From the NCBI RefSeq assembly GCF_963921235.1, contig NC_086109.1, positions 14,138,001 through 14,202,000 of the forward strand: a DNA stretch of 64,000 bases, in the 5' to 3' direction. Of this stretch, positions 12,011 to 24,040 are shown one piece after another. The position numbers were made by a program, and so were the translations under genes. This stretch comes from Mobula hypostoma. Its lineage: Eukaryota. The notes below the pieces were generated by a model. The model did no database searches and was not told the DNA's origin. It was given only the letters and a program-made list of their open reading frames with translations. How positions within the stretch are numbered: position 1 is the stretch's first letter; the number at the start of each line of letters is the position of its first letter.

Positions 12011-13892
12011 TATTCATCACCCTTTTTGATTTTTGCCCCTACGTTACACCACCTCATCCCACTGACTGAACGTTTGCCCCATCATCTGCCTGTCGCTCCC
12101 CACAGTCTCACTGCACACTGCATGGACATGTATACCAATTGCCCCAGCCTCAGCCCTCTCACTCCAGTTCCCATGCCCCTGTCAGTTTAGTCTAAACCTT
12201 CCTCAACAGCTCTGGCAAATTTGCCCGCAAGGATGTTGGTCCCCCTCGGGTTCAGGTGTAACCCATCCTTTTTTATACAGGCCATACCGTCCCCAGAAGA
12301 GATCCCAATGATCCAGAGATCTGAAACCCTGATGCCTGTACCTTTTCCTCAGCCACTCATTCCATTCCTGCCCTGACTAATACATGGCACTGGGAGTAAT
12401 TTAAAACGTAGCTAAGACTAGTCATACAAAACAGTTAATATTCCCGTGATAAGAGGTAACTTCTGAAATAATTAAGTTCAAAGGCATGACACAGGCTGTA
12501 GAGAAATTTCTCGAAAACTACAGAACTTGCTAAACTTCCAATACTAGTAATTCACTGAATCATTACACACAAATGGGTGATTATACAAAAATAAAACCCA
12601 AGCATGAAGTTACACTACAGGAAAAGTAACAGTTTTAAGACTTTAATCCAACACAAAGCACTTGGAGCTCAAAAGAGTTTTAAAAAACCCTGAGCCAGTT
12701 AGTGTGTAGGAATTGAGAGCCGAGAGGGTCAGTAAGTCCCTTCACAGGGCTCAGAACAACTAAATCTCAATCTGCCCCCGGCTGCAAATCAGGGAAGAGG
12801 CTACACGCATTGCATCCATACCAGAACCACCAGACTCAAAAACAATTACTTTGCCCAAGTAGCAAAGCTGATCACCTCCTCCACCCCTCAACGTCACTAC
12901 TTTATCATCTCCTGTCAGAGTCACCTTATGTACAGACTCTCCCATGCCTAGTGTCACAATCAACCTATGTATATAAGCTATTTTATATAGTTATGTATGT
13001 ACTTATAGTTAATGTGCATTTTTATTACTGTGTTTTTTTAATCTTAGTGTGATTTTTTTGTGCTGCATGAGAACTGGAGTAACAATTATTTCATTCTCCT
13101 TTACACTTATATACTGGAAATTACATTAAACAATCTTGAATTTTGTACAGAAACATGCTAATAAACTTACATGATTCCTGTAAAGATATGTATCACGGAA
13201 CTTCACTGGAAAATGATCAAAGGAAATTTTTACTCCAGGCTGTATAGGTAAAAGCTAAGTGAAAGGTTCAGGCTTTAAAGAGAGTCTCAAAGGAGCGATA
13301 AGAGACAGAGGTTTGGAGGGAGAGTTCCAAAGCTTAGTGCTGACAGAAGGATGATTGAATTTAGTGATGTTCAAGGAGCCAGAAATGGATGAGTGCAGAG
13401 ATCTCAGCAGTCATAGGGCTAGAGGTGGTTTCAGACTGCAAACATCTGACTCTGATGTTAACGGCTGGGGTATGAGGTGATCAATCAACTGGAACGGGCT
13501 GTGGGATGAGCTGGGGTTACAAAGAACACTGTACAGCACAGTCCAGGCTCTTGGGCCCTTAATGTTGTGCCGAGCCTTTAACCTACATTAAAATCAATCT
13601 AACCCATGTTAAAATCAATCTAACCTTTCCCTCCCTCCCACATAGTGCTCCTCTTTTCTATCATTCCTGTGCCTGTCCAAGCGGTCCTTAAAAGCCCCTA
13701 AGGTATATGCCTCTACCACCACCCTGGCAGGGCCAAGCATTTACCACTCTCTGTGTAAAGAACTTAAATATGACACCCTATACTTTCCGCCAGTCATCTT
13801 AAAATTATGCCCCTTGTACATATTTATCACCTTCTCACCCTCCTGCGCTCCAAAGAGTAAAGCCCTAGCTCACTCAGCCTTTCCTCATGAGA

Positions 13893-14515
13893 CATTAGAT
13901 CAGATTAGGAGGACACGCAGTCCTCTTTTATTGTCATTTAGTAATGCATGCATTAAGAAATTATACAATGTTTCTCCGACTGAAAAACTGACAAAAACCA
14001 CATAATTATAACAAAGTTACAACAGTGCAAAGCAATACCGTAATTTGATAAAGAACAGACCTTGGGCACGGTAAAAAGTCTCAAAGCCTCTTGAAAGTCC
14101 CATCATCTCACTCAGACGGTGAACCTCCAGCGCCGCAAACTTGCCGATGCAGCATCCTGGAAGCTTCCGACCACAGTCCGACTCCGAGTCTGTCCAAAAA
14201 CTCCGAGCCTCCGACCAGCCCTCCGACACGGAGCACCGAGCACCATCTCTGCCGAGTGCTTCAACCCTGGCCCCGGCAACAGGCAATAGGCAAAGCCGAG
14301 GATTTGGGGCCTTCCCCTCCGGAGATTCTCGACCGCACAGTAGCAGCGGCAGTGAAGCAGGCATTTCAGAAGTTTCTCCAGATGTTCCTCCGTGCTTCTC
14401 ACGGCTGTCTCCATCAAATCAGGATTGTGCACGGCCCCCTAGTTAACACATATGATATCATTCCGGAGCGTCTGTGCGCGCTGTGTCGCGCCACCATCTT
14501 CTCCTCCCTCCCTCC
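13893..14515 (-). mobile_element. Non-autonomous retroposon (SINE or LINE-derived) inserted in a CR1 3' fragment
   Basis: GC-rich head, AATAAA plus an (aatct)n-like tail on the minus strand. The CR1 fragment at about 13525-13892 resumes at about 14525. Confidence 0.5.
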
Positions 14516-15659
14516 TTTCTCTAGTTCTCTAGTCCAGGCAGCATCCTGGTAAATCTCGTCTGCACCCTCTCCAAAGCTTCCAGGATTCCCTACTTGTGAA
14601 CTGCTGCAAATTGGATATGCGGCCGTGAAGCGAGATTCCACGCGGGAGCTGGAGAACCTATCCCTGTTGGCATCTCCAATACTTGTATATAAGTTGGCAT
14701 TTATGACCTGGGGAGGACCCCAAAGTCTAAGCTTAACTCTGTGATTCAGCCATGAACCTGGAAAATAATGTCTAAATAAAAATTGCAATATTGCCTGTTC
14801 CAACGGATTTCCGAAATATCTAAATCACAGTCTACTGATTTTTAATGTTTAGAGACAGGCATATAATCAGATAAATCAAAGCATGATCTATAATCCATTT
14901 AGAACAGAGATGAGGAGGAATATCTTTAGCCAGAGAGAGGTGAATCTGTGGAATTCATTGTCACAGGTGGCAGTGGAGGCCAAGGCTTTGGGTATATTTA
15001 AGGCAAAGATTGATAGATTCTTCATTAGTCAGGGATACAGGGAGAAGGCAGGAGATTGGAGCTAAGCGGGAAATGGATCAGCCATGACGAAATGTCAATG
15101 AAGACTTTATTGGCCAAATAGCCTAATTCTGCTCCGTTATCTTATGGTTCTATGGTCTAATCATTACAGAATCTGTAGTTGAGTGATACCCCACAGCCCT
15201 GCTCAGTTCACAATAGCACTGGAAGTGCTCGAGGCAGGTACATTAACAATATTTAAATATTCATTTGACCCCAGCATCTGCAGATTATTTTGTGTTAACA
15301 ATATTTAAAAAATACTTGGACAGGTACTTGGGTTGGAAAGGTATCGTCAGAAATGGGCCAGATTAGCTTAAATGGGAATTTTATTGACATGGAGCAATTT
15401 GCCAGATAGACATGTTTCCATGATATATGTCTCTATAGCTGTAGCTAGACCAGGATTCAATGGTGTTAGATACATGTTGGCACCAAAATACAAATGAGAC
15501 TCATTCTAATATTCTGCAGCAGGGATGTCCTTAACTTACATGCAGTTACATGCTGTTTCACCGAGCAATCAGTAAGTAGTTGTTCAAGGTGCTTTCTGCA
15601 CGAGTATTTATAAAGCACACGTTGTGCAGTAATCTACATAGAATTACTCCGAATACAAT

Positions 15660-17112
15660 AGGGGCAGATGGCCAAGTGACCCCAGAACCTGCCCCGTGGC
15701 TGATCTGTCCCAATCCTCTTGGAACATTTCTTCCTCCACACTCTGGTTGGAGGAACAACACCCTATGTTCCGTCTGAGTAGCCTCCAACCTGATGGCATG
15801 AACATCGACTTCTCTAACCTCTGTGTGACAAGAGTATACATAGATAAGATGTTAGCTGTCCTGTGTGATCAGCAGTTGGTCTGCCACCTGTCTTCGGGAG
15901 AGAGAGAGATAAGGAACACAATGAAACAGCATCTGGAGATGTGTAATGAAGGGACGGGAGAGAGCTGTCTGGAGCGGCTCCCCCTTTGAACCCTGAACTG
16001 TTTGAAGTGATGGACAGGCGATACCCCAGCAGGGGGATAAAAAGGGACAAGTTCGCTAAGGCAGGACACACACGACACCCGAGGTAACGAGACCCTGGAA
16101 GCGGTGCGCCTCTCACGAGTCGGTGGGAAGTATTGGACCTTAAACGCACAGGGTGGAAAGGTACGATCAGCGGGAACCCGGTGTGTGTCCACCCTCGCTT
16201 GGGTGCCGGGTTCACTGCAGAGGATCGACCGCATCTGGAGGAGGGGTCACAGTCGGTGAACTCAGGTGACATCACACAGGACCCGCCCGGAAAGCTGCTT
16301 GTGAGCAATATCGCCGGTCTGTGAGTGGAAGCCGTTTCTGAATGATCAGTCGTTCCCGTTCTCTCTCTCTCCCCCCCCCCACGTTGTCCATCGCCATGGC
16401 AACGATTACTGCGAACTGAACTATTAAATTGGACTGAACTTTGTGTCACTTTGAAATTGGTCATTTACCCCTAGACAATGATAGAGCTTGATTGATGCTG
16501 TTATCTTAATTCTGTGCACATGTGTGTTTATCATTGCTGAACTGTTGCATTTATTATCCTTTCGATTACTGTGTTGCTTGTTTCTTTAATAAAACTTTCT
16601 TAGTTCTAGTAATCCAGACTCCAACTGAGTGATCCATTTCTGCTGGTTTGGCAACCCAGTTACGGGGTACGTAACATCTGTTAATGCCCCACTTCCTCTT
16701 TGTACCCCATCCATTATTTATTTATTATTATTATTTTTTTTCTCTTTCTTTTTCTCCCTCTGTCCCTCTCACTATACCCCTTGCCCATCCTCTGGGATTC
16801 CCCCCGCCCCCTTTCTTTCTCCCTAGGCCTCCCATCCCATGACCCTCTCATATCCCTTTTGCCAATCAATTTTCCAGCTCTTGGCTCCATCCCTCCCCCT
16901 CCTGTCTTCTCCTATCATTTCGGATCTCCCCCTCCCCCTCCCACTTTCAAATCTCCTGCTATATCTTCTTTCAGTTAGTCCTGACGAAGGGTCTCAGCTT
17001 GAAACGTCGACTGTACCTCTTCCTACAGATGCTGCCTGGCCTGCTGCGTTCACCAGCAACTTTTATGTGTGTTGCTTGAAATTCCGGCATCTGCAGGTTT
17101 CCTCGTGTTTGC
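15660..17112 (+). mobile_element. Penelope-like element 3' part, split by a solo LTR
   Basis: 15735-15823 and 16677-17112 are colinear with the copy at 1-632. Hammerhead-like motif at 16977-17012. Confidence 0.85.
15824..16676 (+). mobile_element. Solo LTR (853 bp), probably Gypsy-type
   Basis: TGTGAC...GTAACA termini, 4-bp TSD tctg (15820-15823 and 16677-16680), GATAAAAA TATA-like box near 16036, AATAAA at 16588-16593. Confidence 0.88.
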
Positions 17113-19230
17113 TCTTGGAACATAGATCAGCACAGCATAGAAACAGCCCGGGATATTGTGCTGAAATAGATAAGCTAATGGCTCCTAATTAAACTAATCC
17201 CTTCTCCTTGCACATGGTCCAAGTCCTCCATTTCCCTCACATTTATATCCCTATCTGGGAACTTCTAAATTGCCCATACCACCAAAACTGGCTGTGTATT
17301 CCAGCCACCCATCACTCTCTGTGTAAAAAAAAGGAACTCCATTGCAATTACCCCCTCTCACTTAATTGAATGCCCTCCAGTACCAGATAGTTGGACATTT
17401 GTACAAATACATCAGATGTCTGTCTGTGCCTCTCATAATCTTATAGACTTCCAAAACATGAGAAAATCTGTAGATGCTGGAATCCAAAGCAACACACACT
17501 AAATGCTGGAGGAACTGAGCAGGTCAGGCAGCATTGAAGGAAAAGAGTGAACGGTCCTGACAAACTTCTATCATGTCTCCCCTCAGCCTCTGGTGCTCCA
17601 GAGAAATCAACCCAAAGTTTCTCCAACCTTTCTTTATGTCACTTTTCATCCTGGTAAACCCCTTCCACACCCCATTCAAAGCTTCCACATCCTTCCTGTG
17701 CCGTTGAGGTTAGAATTGAAGGCAATACTCCAGGTGTGTCCTAAACAGGGTTTTATAAATCTGCCACACATGTCACATTTGCCGCCTTCACCATCCTATC
17801 AACTTTCAGGGAGCTATGGATGTGGGTGCCGGTGATTGTAGTTCCCACTTGCATCATTTCCATAACCTTCAATTTCACAATCTTTCCAAAACGTACCTGC
17901 CTCTTCTTTAAATTCCAGCCTCCACAAAAGTTGCCGCATAATTTGATAAGGTGGGTAAGGAGGGTTATCTGGTGTAGGTCTTCATTAATCAGGGGATGAC
18001 TTCAAGAGCTGTAAAATAATGTTGAATCTCTAAAGTGCTCTGATTAGAGCACATTTGAACTGCCGTTGTGTTCATTTCTGGTCAGCTCATTATAAGAAGG
18101 ATGTAGAAGCTTTAGAGATATTTACCAGGATGCTGGAGGAACTCAGCAGGCTGGGCAGGATCTATTGGCCAGGGCAGGCACACATTTTGTGTGTGTTGCT
18201 CGGATTTCCAGCATCAGCAGATTTTTTCTTGTTTGTCACTTACCAGGGTGCTGCCTAGATTAGAGAGCATGTCTTATTAGGTAAGGTTGAGTGACTCGGG
18301 CTTTTCTCTTTGGAGTGAAGGAGGATGAGAGATGACTTGATAGTGGTGTATAGGATGCTAAGAGGCATAGATAGAGCGGACACCCAGAGCAGAAATGGCT
18401 AATATGAGAAGGCATAGTTTTAAGGGTGTTGGCGGAAAGTACAGGGAAGGGGATGTTAGAGGTAGGCTTTTTTACTACATAGAGTGGTGGGTGCATGGAA
18501 AGCACCACCGGGGTGGTGGTAGAACAGATGCATTAGGGACATTTAAGAGACTATTAGATAGACACATGGATGATAGAAAAGTGGAGGGAATGGTTAGATT
18601 GAGCTTGGAGAAGGTTAAAAGGTTGGCACAACATTGTAGGCCGAAAGGCCTGTAGTGTACTGTAATGTTCTATGTTTTAAGTCTTGGAGCCTGCTTTCAG
18701 GCTTTTTGAGTATCTCCTGTCCGATGGTAGAGAGGAGAAAGAGAACATCTGGGTGGGCGAGGTATTTGATTATGCTCTCAGAATGAGGCTTTTCATTCCA
18801 GGACAAAGGAGATGTCCTTTTTTAAAGAAAGGGGCTTCCCTCCCTCCACCATCAACTCTGCTCTCAAACGCATCTCCCCCATTTCACGCACATCTGCTCT
18901 CACTCCATCCACCCGCCACCCCACTAGGAATAGGGTTCCCCTGGTCCTCACCTACCACCCCATCAGCCTCCGGGTCCAACATATTATTCTCCGTAACTTC
19001 TGCCACCTCCAACGGGATCCCACCACTAAGCACATCTTTCCCTCCTCCCCCACCCCCCCCCACTTTCCGCAGGGATCGCTCCCTATGTGACTCCCTTGTC
19101 CATTCGTTACCCCCCCCCCCATCCCTCCCCACCGATCTCCCTCCTGGCACTTATCCTGGTAAGCGGAACATAGAACATAGAATAGTACAGCACAGTACAG
19201 GCCCTTCGGCCCACAATGTTGTGCCGACCC

Positions 19231-22122
19231 TCAAACCCTGCCTCCCATATAAGCCCCCACCTTAGATTCCTCCATATACCTGTCTAGTAGTCTCTTAAAC
19301 TTCACTAGTGTATCTGCCTCCACCACTGACTCAAGCAGTGCATTCCACGCACCAACCACTCTCTGAGTAAAAAACCTTCCTCTAATATCTCCCTTGAACT
19401 TCCCACCCCTTACCTTAAAGCCATGTCCTCTTGTATTGAGCAGTGGTGCCCTGGAGAAGAGGCGCTGGCTATCCACTCTATCTATTCCTCTTATTATCTT
19501 GTACACCTTTATCATGTCTCCTCTCATCCTCCTTCTCTCCAAAGAGTAAAGCCCTAGCTCCCTTAATCTCTGATCATAATGCATACTTTCTAAACCAGGC
19601 AGCATCCTGGTAAATCTCTTCTGTACCCTTTCCAATGCTTCCACATCCTTCCTATAGTGAGGTGACCAGAACTGGACACAGTACTCCAAGTGTGGCCTAA
19701 CCAGAGTTTTATAGAGCTGCATCACTACATTGCGACTCTTAAACTCTATCCCTCGACTTATGCAAGCTAACACCCCATAAGCTTTCTTAACTATCCTGTC
19801 CACCTGTGAGGCAACTTTCAGGGATCTGTGGACATGTACCCCGAGATCCTTCTGCTCCTCCACACTACCAAGTATCCTGCCATTTGCTTTGTACTCTGCC
19901 TTGGAGTTTGTCCTTCCAAAGTGTACCACCTCACACTTCTCCGGGTTGAACTCCATCTGCCACTTCTCAGCCCACTTCTGCATCCTATCAATGTCTCTCT
20001 GCAATCTTTGACAATCCTCTACACTATCTACAACACCACCAACCTTTGTGTCGTCTGCAAACTTGCCAACCCACCCTTCTACCCCCTCATCCACGTCGTT
20101 AATAAAAATCATGAAAAGTAGAGGTCCCAGAACAGATCCTTGTGGGACACCACTAGTCACAATCCTCCACTCTGAATGTACTCCCTCCACCACCACCCTC
20201 TGCCTTCTGCAGGCAAGCCAATTCTGAATCCACCTGGCCAAACTTCCCTGGATCCCATGCCTTCTAACTTTCTGAATAAGCCTACCGTGTGGAACCTTGT
20301 CAAATGCCTTACTAAAATCAATATAGATCACATCCACTGCACTATTCTCATCTATATGCCTGGTCACCACCTCAAAGAACTCTATCAGGCTTGTTACACA
20401 CGATCTGCCCTTCACAAAGCCATGCTGACTGTCCCTGATCAGACCATGATTCTCTAAATGCCTATAGATCCTATCTCTAAGAATCTTTTCCAACAGCTTT
20501 CCCACCACAGACATAAGGCTCACTGGTCTATAATTACCCGGACTATCCCTACTACCTTTTTTGAACAAGGGAACAACATTCACCTCCCTCCAATCCTCCG
20601 GTACCATTCCCGTGGACAACGAGGACATAAAGATCCTAGCCAGAGGCTCAGCAATCTCTTCTCTCACCTCGTGGAGCAGCCTGGGGAATATTCCATCAGG
20701 CCCCGGGGACTTATCTATCCTAATGTATTTTAACAACTCCAACACCTCCTCTCCCTTAATATCAGCATGCTCCAGAACATCAACCTCACTTATATTGTCC
20801 TCACCATCATCAAGTTCCCTCTCATTGGTGAATACCGAAGAGAAGTATTCATTGAGGACCTCGCTCACTTCCACAGCCTCCAGGCACATCTTCCCACCTT
20901 TATCTCTAATCGGTCCTAACTTCACTTCTGTCATCCTTTTTTTCTTCATATAATTGAAGAATGCCTTGGGGTTTTCCTTTACCCTACTCGCCAAGGCCTT
21001 CTCATGTCCCCTTCTTGCTCTTCTCAGCCCCTTCTTAAGCTCCTTTCTTGCTTCCCTATATTCCTCAATAGACCCATCTGATCCTTGCTTCCTAAACCTC
21101 ATGTATGCTGCCTTCTTCCTCCTGACTAGATTTTCCACCTCACTTGTCACCCATGGTTCCTTCACCCTACCATTCTTTATCTTCCTCACCGGGACAAATT
21201 TATCCCTTATATCCCGCAAGAGATCTCTAAACATCGACCACATGTCCATAGTACATTTCCCTGCAAAAACATCATCCCAATTCACACCTGCAAGTTCTAG
21301 CCTTATAGCCTCATAATTTGCCTTTCCCCAATTAAAAATTTTCCTGTCCTCTTTGATTCTATCCTTTTCCATGATAATCATAAAGGCCAGGGAGCGGTGG
21401 TCACTGTCCCCCAGATGCTCACCCACTGAGAGATCTGTGACCTGACCCGGTTCATTACCTAGTACTAGATCTAGTATGGCATTCCCCCTGGTCGGCCTGT
21501 CCACATACCGTGACAGGAATCCGTCCTGGACACACTTAACAAATTCTGCCCCATCTAAACCCTTGGAACTAATCAGGTGCCAATCAATATTAGGGAAGTT
21601 AAAGTCACCCATGATAACAAACCTGTTATTTTCGCATCTTTCCAAAATCTGCCTCCCAATCTGCTCCTCTGTATCTCTGCTGCTACCAAGGGGCCAAAAG
21701 AATACCCCCAGTAGAGTAACTTCTCCCTTCCTGTTCCTGACTTCCACCCATATTGACTCAAAAGAGGATCCTGCTACTTTACCCACCCTTTCTGTAGCTG
21801 TAATAGTATCCCTGACCAGTAATGCCACCCCTCCTCCCCTTTTTCCTCCCTCTCTATCCCTTTTAAAGCACTGAAATCCAGGAATATTGAGAATCCATTC
21901 CTGCCCTGGTGCCAGCCAAGTCTCTGTAATGGCCACTACATCATAATTCCATGTATGTATCCAAGCTCTCAGTTTATCACCTTTGTTCCTGATGCGTCTT
22001 GCATTGAGGTACACACATTTCAGCCCTTCTCCCTTACTGTCTTTACACCGTTTATTCTGCTTCTCTTTCCTCAAAGCCTCTCTGTATGTTAGATCTGGCT
22101 TTACTCCATGCACTTCTTTCAC
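19231..22122 (-). CDS. CR1 ORF2: APE endonuclease plus reverse transcriptase (963 aa, uninterrupted)
   Basis: YLNAR, AITETWL, MGDFNFP and GDSDH endonuclease motifs; [23 protein letters not shown] and FADD RT motifs. Confidence 0.93.
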   Translation of the reverse strand: MKEVHGVKPDLTYREALRKEKQNKRCKDSKGEGLKCVYLNARRIRNKGDKLRAWIHTWNYDVVAITETWLAPGQEWILNIPGFQCFKRDREGGKRGGGVALLVRDTITATERVGKVAGSSFESIWVEVRNRKGEVTLLGVFFWPLGSSRDTEEQIGRQILERCENNRFVIMGDFNFPNIDWHLISSKGLDGAEFVKCVQDGFLSRYVDRPTRGNAILDLVLGNEPGQVTDLSVGEHLGDSDHRSLAFMIIMEKDRIKEDRKIFNWGKANYEAIRLELAGVNWDDVFAGKCTMDMWSMFRDLLRDIRDKFVPVRKIKNGRVKEPWVTSEVENLVRRKKAAYMRFRKQGSDGSIEEYREARKELKKGLRRARRGHEKALASRVKENPKAFFNYMKKKRMTEVKLGPIRDKGGKMCLEAVEVSEVLNEYFSSVFTNERELDDGEDNISEVDVLEHADIKGEEVLELLKYIRIDKSPGPDGIFPRLLHEVREEIAEPLARIFMSSLSTGMVPEDWREVNVVPLFKKGSRDSPGNYRPVSLMSVVGKLLEKILRDRIYRHLENHGLIRDSQHGFVKGRSCVTSLIEFFEVVTRHIDENSAVDVIYIDFSKAFDKVPHGRLIQKVRRHGIQGSLARWIQNWLACRRQRVVVEGVHSEWRIVTSGVPQGSVLGPLLFMIFINDVDEGVEGWVGKFADDTKVGGVVDSVEDCQRLQRDIDRMQKWAEKWQMEFNPEKCEVVHFGRTNSKAEYKANGRILGSVEEQKDLGVHVHRSLKVASQVDRIVKKAYGVLACISRGIEFKSRNVVMQLYKTLVRPHLEYCVQFWSPHYRKDVEALERVQKRFTRMLPGLESMHYDQRLRELGLYSLERRRMRGDMIKVYKIIRGIDRVDSQRLFSRAPLLNTRGHGFKVRGGKFKGDIRGRFFTQRVVGAWNALLESVVEADTLVKFKRLLDRYMEESKVGAYMGGRV

Positions 22123-22157
22123 TGCTCTATCACTCTGGGTCCCATCCCCTTCACAAA

Positions 22158-23063
22158 TTAGTTTAAACCCTCCCGAACCATGCTAGCAAACCTACCTGCA
22201 AGGATATTGCTCCCTCTCGAGTTCAGGTGCAACCCATCCAATCTGTACAGGTCCCACCTTCCCCAGAAGAGATCCCAATGATCTAAAAATCTAAAACCCT
22301 GCTCCCTGCACCAACTCCTCAGCCATGCATTCAACTGCCATCTTCTCCAATTCTTACCATCACTGTCACGTAGCACTGGCAGCAATCCTGAGAACGTCAC
22401 CCTTGAGGTCCTGTTCTTCAGCCTTCTGCTTAGTTCCCGAAACTCACACTTCAGGACCTCATCCCTCTTCCTGCCTATGTCGTTGGTCCCAACATGTATT
22501 ACGACTTCTGGTTGCTTTCGCTCTCGTACCAGGATGTCGTGCACCCGGTCAGAGACATCCCCAACCCTGGCACCCGGGAGGCAACAAACCATGCGGGTGT
22601 CCTTATCACGTCCACAAAATCTCCTGTCTGCTCCCCTGACTATAGAGTCTCCAATGACGACAACTCTCCTCTTCTCCGTCCCACCCTTCTGCACCACAGG
22701 GTCAGACTCAGTGCCGGAGGCCCTGCCACCGTGGCTCACACCTGGTCGGTCGTCCCCGCCAACAGTATCCAGGATGGTAAACTTATTATTCAGGGGAATG
22801 GCGATAGGGGTGCTCTGCACTACCTGTCTGCTCACCTTCGCTTTCCCCCCTCTGACTGTCACCCAACGACCTGCTTCCGACAGCCTAGGTGTGACTACCT
22901 CCCTGTTGCTCTCATCTATCACTGCCTCATTCTCCCTTATGAGTCGAAGGTCATCCAGCTGCTGCTCCAGATTCCTTACACGGTCTTCCAGATCGCCCAG
23001 CCATATGCACTTCTGGCAGATGTGACTCTGTGGGAGAGGGGAGTTCCCCCAAGACTGCCACAT
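22158..23063 (-). CDS. CR1 ORF1: zinc-finger/leucine-zipper plus SGNH esterase domain (N-terminus slightly truncated)
   Basis: ICQKC..L..LEDRVRNLEQQLDDL; SGNH blocks GDSIVRG, HVGTND, DGLHLN. Confidence 0.88.
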   Translation of the reverse strand: MWQSWGNSPLPQSHICQKCIWLGDLEDRVRNLEQQLDDLRLIRENEAVIDESNREVVTPRLSEAGRWVTVRGGKAKVSRQVVQSTPIAIPLNNKFTILDTVGGDDRPGVSHGGRASGTESDPVVQKGGTEKRRVVVIGDSIVRGADRRFCGRDKDTRMVCCLPGARVGDVSDRVHDILVRERKQPEVVIHVGTNDIGRKRDEVLKCEFRELSRRLKNRTSRVTFSGLLPVLRDSDGKNWRRWQLNAWLRSWCREQGFRFLDHWDLFWGRWDLYRLDGLHLNSRGSNILAGRFASMVREGLN

Positions 23064-24040
23064 CTCACATGAGAGGCCCTTACACTTCCTCCCTCACTAC
23101 CATTCAGGGCCCCAGACAGTCATTCCAGGTGAGGCGACACTTCACCTGTGAGTCGGCTGGGGTGATATACTGTCTCCGGTGCTCCCAATGTGGCCTTCTA
23201 TATATTGGCGAGACCCGGCGCAGACTGGGAGATCGTTTCACTGAACATCTATGCTCTGTCCGTCAGAGAAAGCAGGATCTCCCAGTAGCCACACATTTTA
23301 ATTCCATGTCCCATTCCCATTCTGATATGTCTATCCACGGCCTCCTCTACTGTAACGATGAAGCCACACTCAGGTTGGAGGAACAACAGCTTATATTCCG
23401 TCTGGGTAACCTCCAACCTGACTTCTCAAACTTCCGCTAATGCGCCACCTCCCCCTCGTACCCCATCCGTTATTTATTTATATTCACACATTCTTTTTCT
23501 CTCTCTCCTTTTTCTCCCTCTGTCCCTCTCACTGTACCCCCTGCCCATCATCTGCTTTTTCCCACCCCTCCCCCTTTTCTTTCTCCCTGGGCCTCCTGTC
23601 CCATGATCCTCTCGTATCCCTTTTGCCAATCACCTGTCCAGCTCTTGGCTCCATCCCTCCCCCTCCTGTCTTCTCCTATCATTTCGGATCTCCCCCTCCC
23701 CCTCCCACTTTCAAATCTCTTACTAACTCTTCCTTCAGTTAGTCCTGACAAAGGGTCTCGGCCCGAAACGTCGACTGTAGCTCTTCCTAGAGATGCTGCC
23801 TGGCCTGCTGCGTTCACCAGCAACTTTTGTGTGTGTTATTTGATTATGTTGGTTGCTTTTCTGAAGCCTTTGCCAAACTTTCTCTCATTTACTAAGCCTA
23901 TATCCTGTTGCAAGTCTGAATATCTGCACCGCAGCCCTGCCTCAGAGCTATTTCCATATCAGCAGCAAACTAGGACACTTTATACCTCCAAGTCATTCGC
24001 GTAGCTAATAGCTAAGAGCCGAGGACTGATCCATTACTTA

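Larger units (their letters stand above)
5424..12400 (-). mobile_element. Old CR1 LINE (about 5424-8190, resuming 12011-12400), split by a younger CR1 and a Penelope fragment
   Basis: Fragmentary RT peptides (QHGFLKGKSCLT, YLDFQKAFDKVP, KSPGPDG). Sequence at 8160-8190 joins 12011 onward colinearly with the related copy at about 42360-42450. 12185-12400 resembles the ORF1 3' end. Confidence 0.8.
19166..23075 (-). mobile_element. Near full-length young CR1 LINE
   Basis: Open ORF1 and ORF2 plus a 3' tail of (ttctatg)-type repeats at about 19166-19185. Confidence 0.95.
18790..23837 (+). mobile_element. Penelope-like element (about 18790-19170 and 23076-23837), split by a CR1
   Basis: FFKERGFP..RVPLVLTYHP before the insert and GIY-YIG domain (GVIYCLRCSQCGLLYIGET) after it. 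Colinear with the copy at 52256-53337. Confidence 0.88.

Noticed and set aside
14575..14803. Unique CpG-containing stretch with open frames on both strands (possible exon)
   Set aside because: No recognisable protein similarity and no convincing pair of splice sites. Needs RNA-seq or a conservation check.
15814..16464. 216-aa minus-strand ORF
   Set aside because: Lies almost entirely inside the solo LTR, has no known domain, and is probably incidental.
19828..23072. Series of plus-strand ORFs overlapping the CR1
   Set aside because: Antisense shadow frames of the intact CR1 ORFs.
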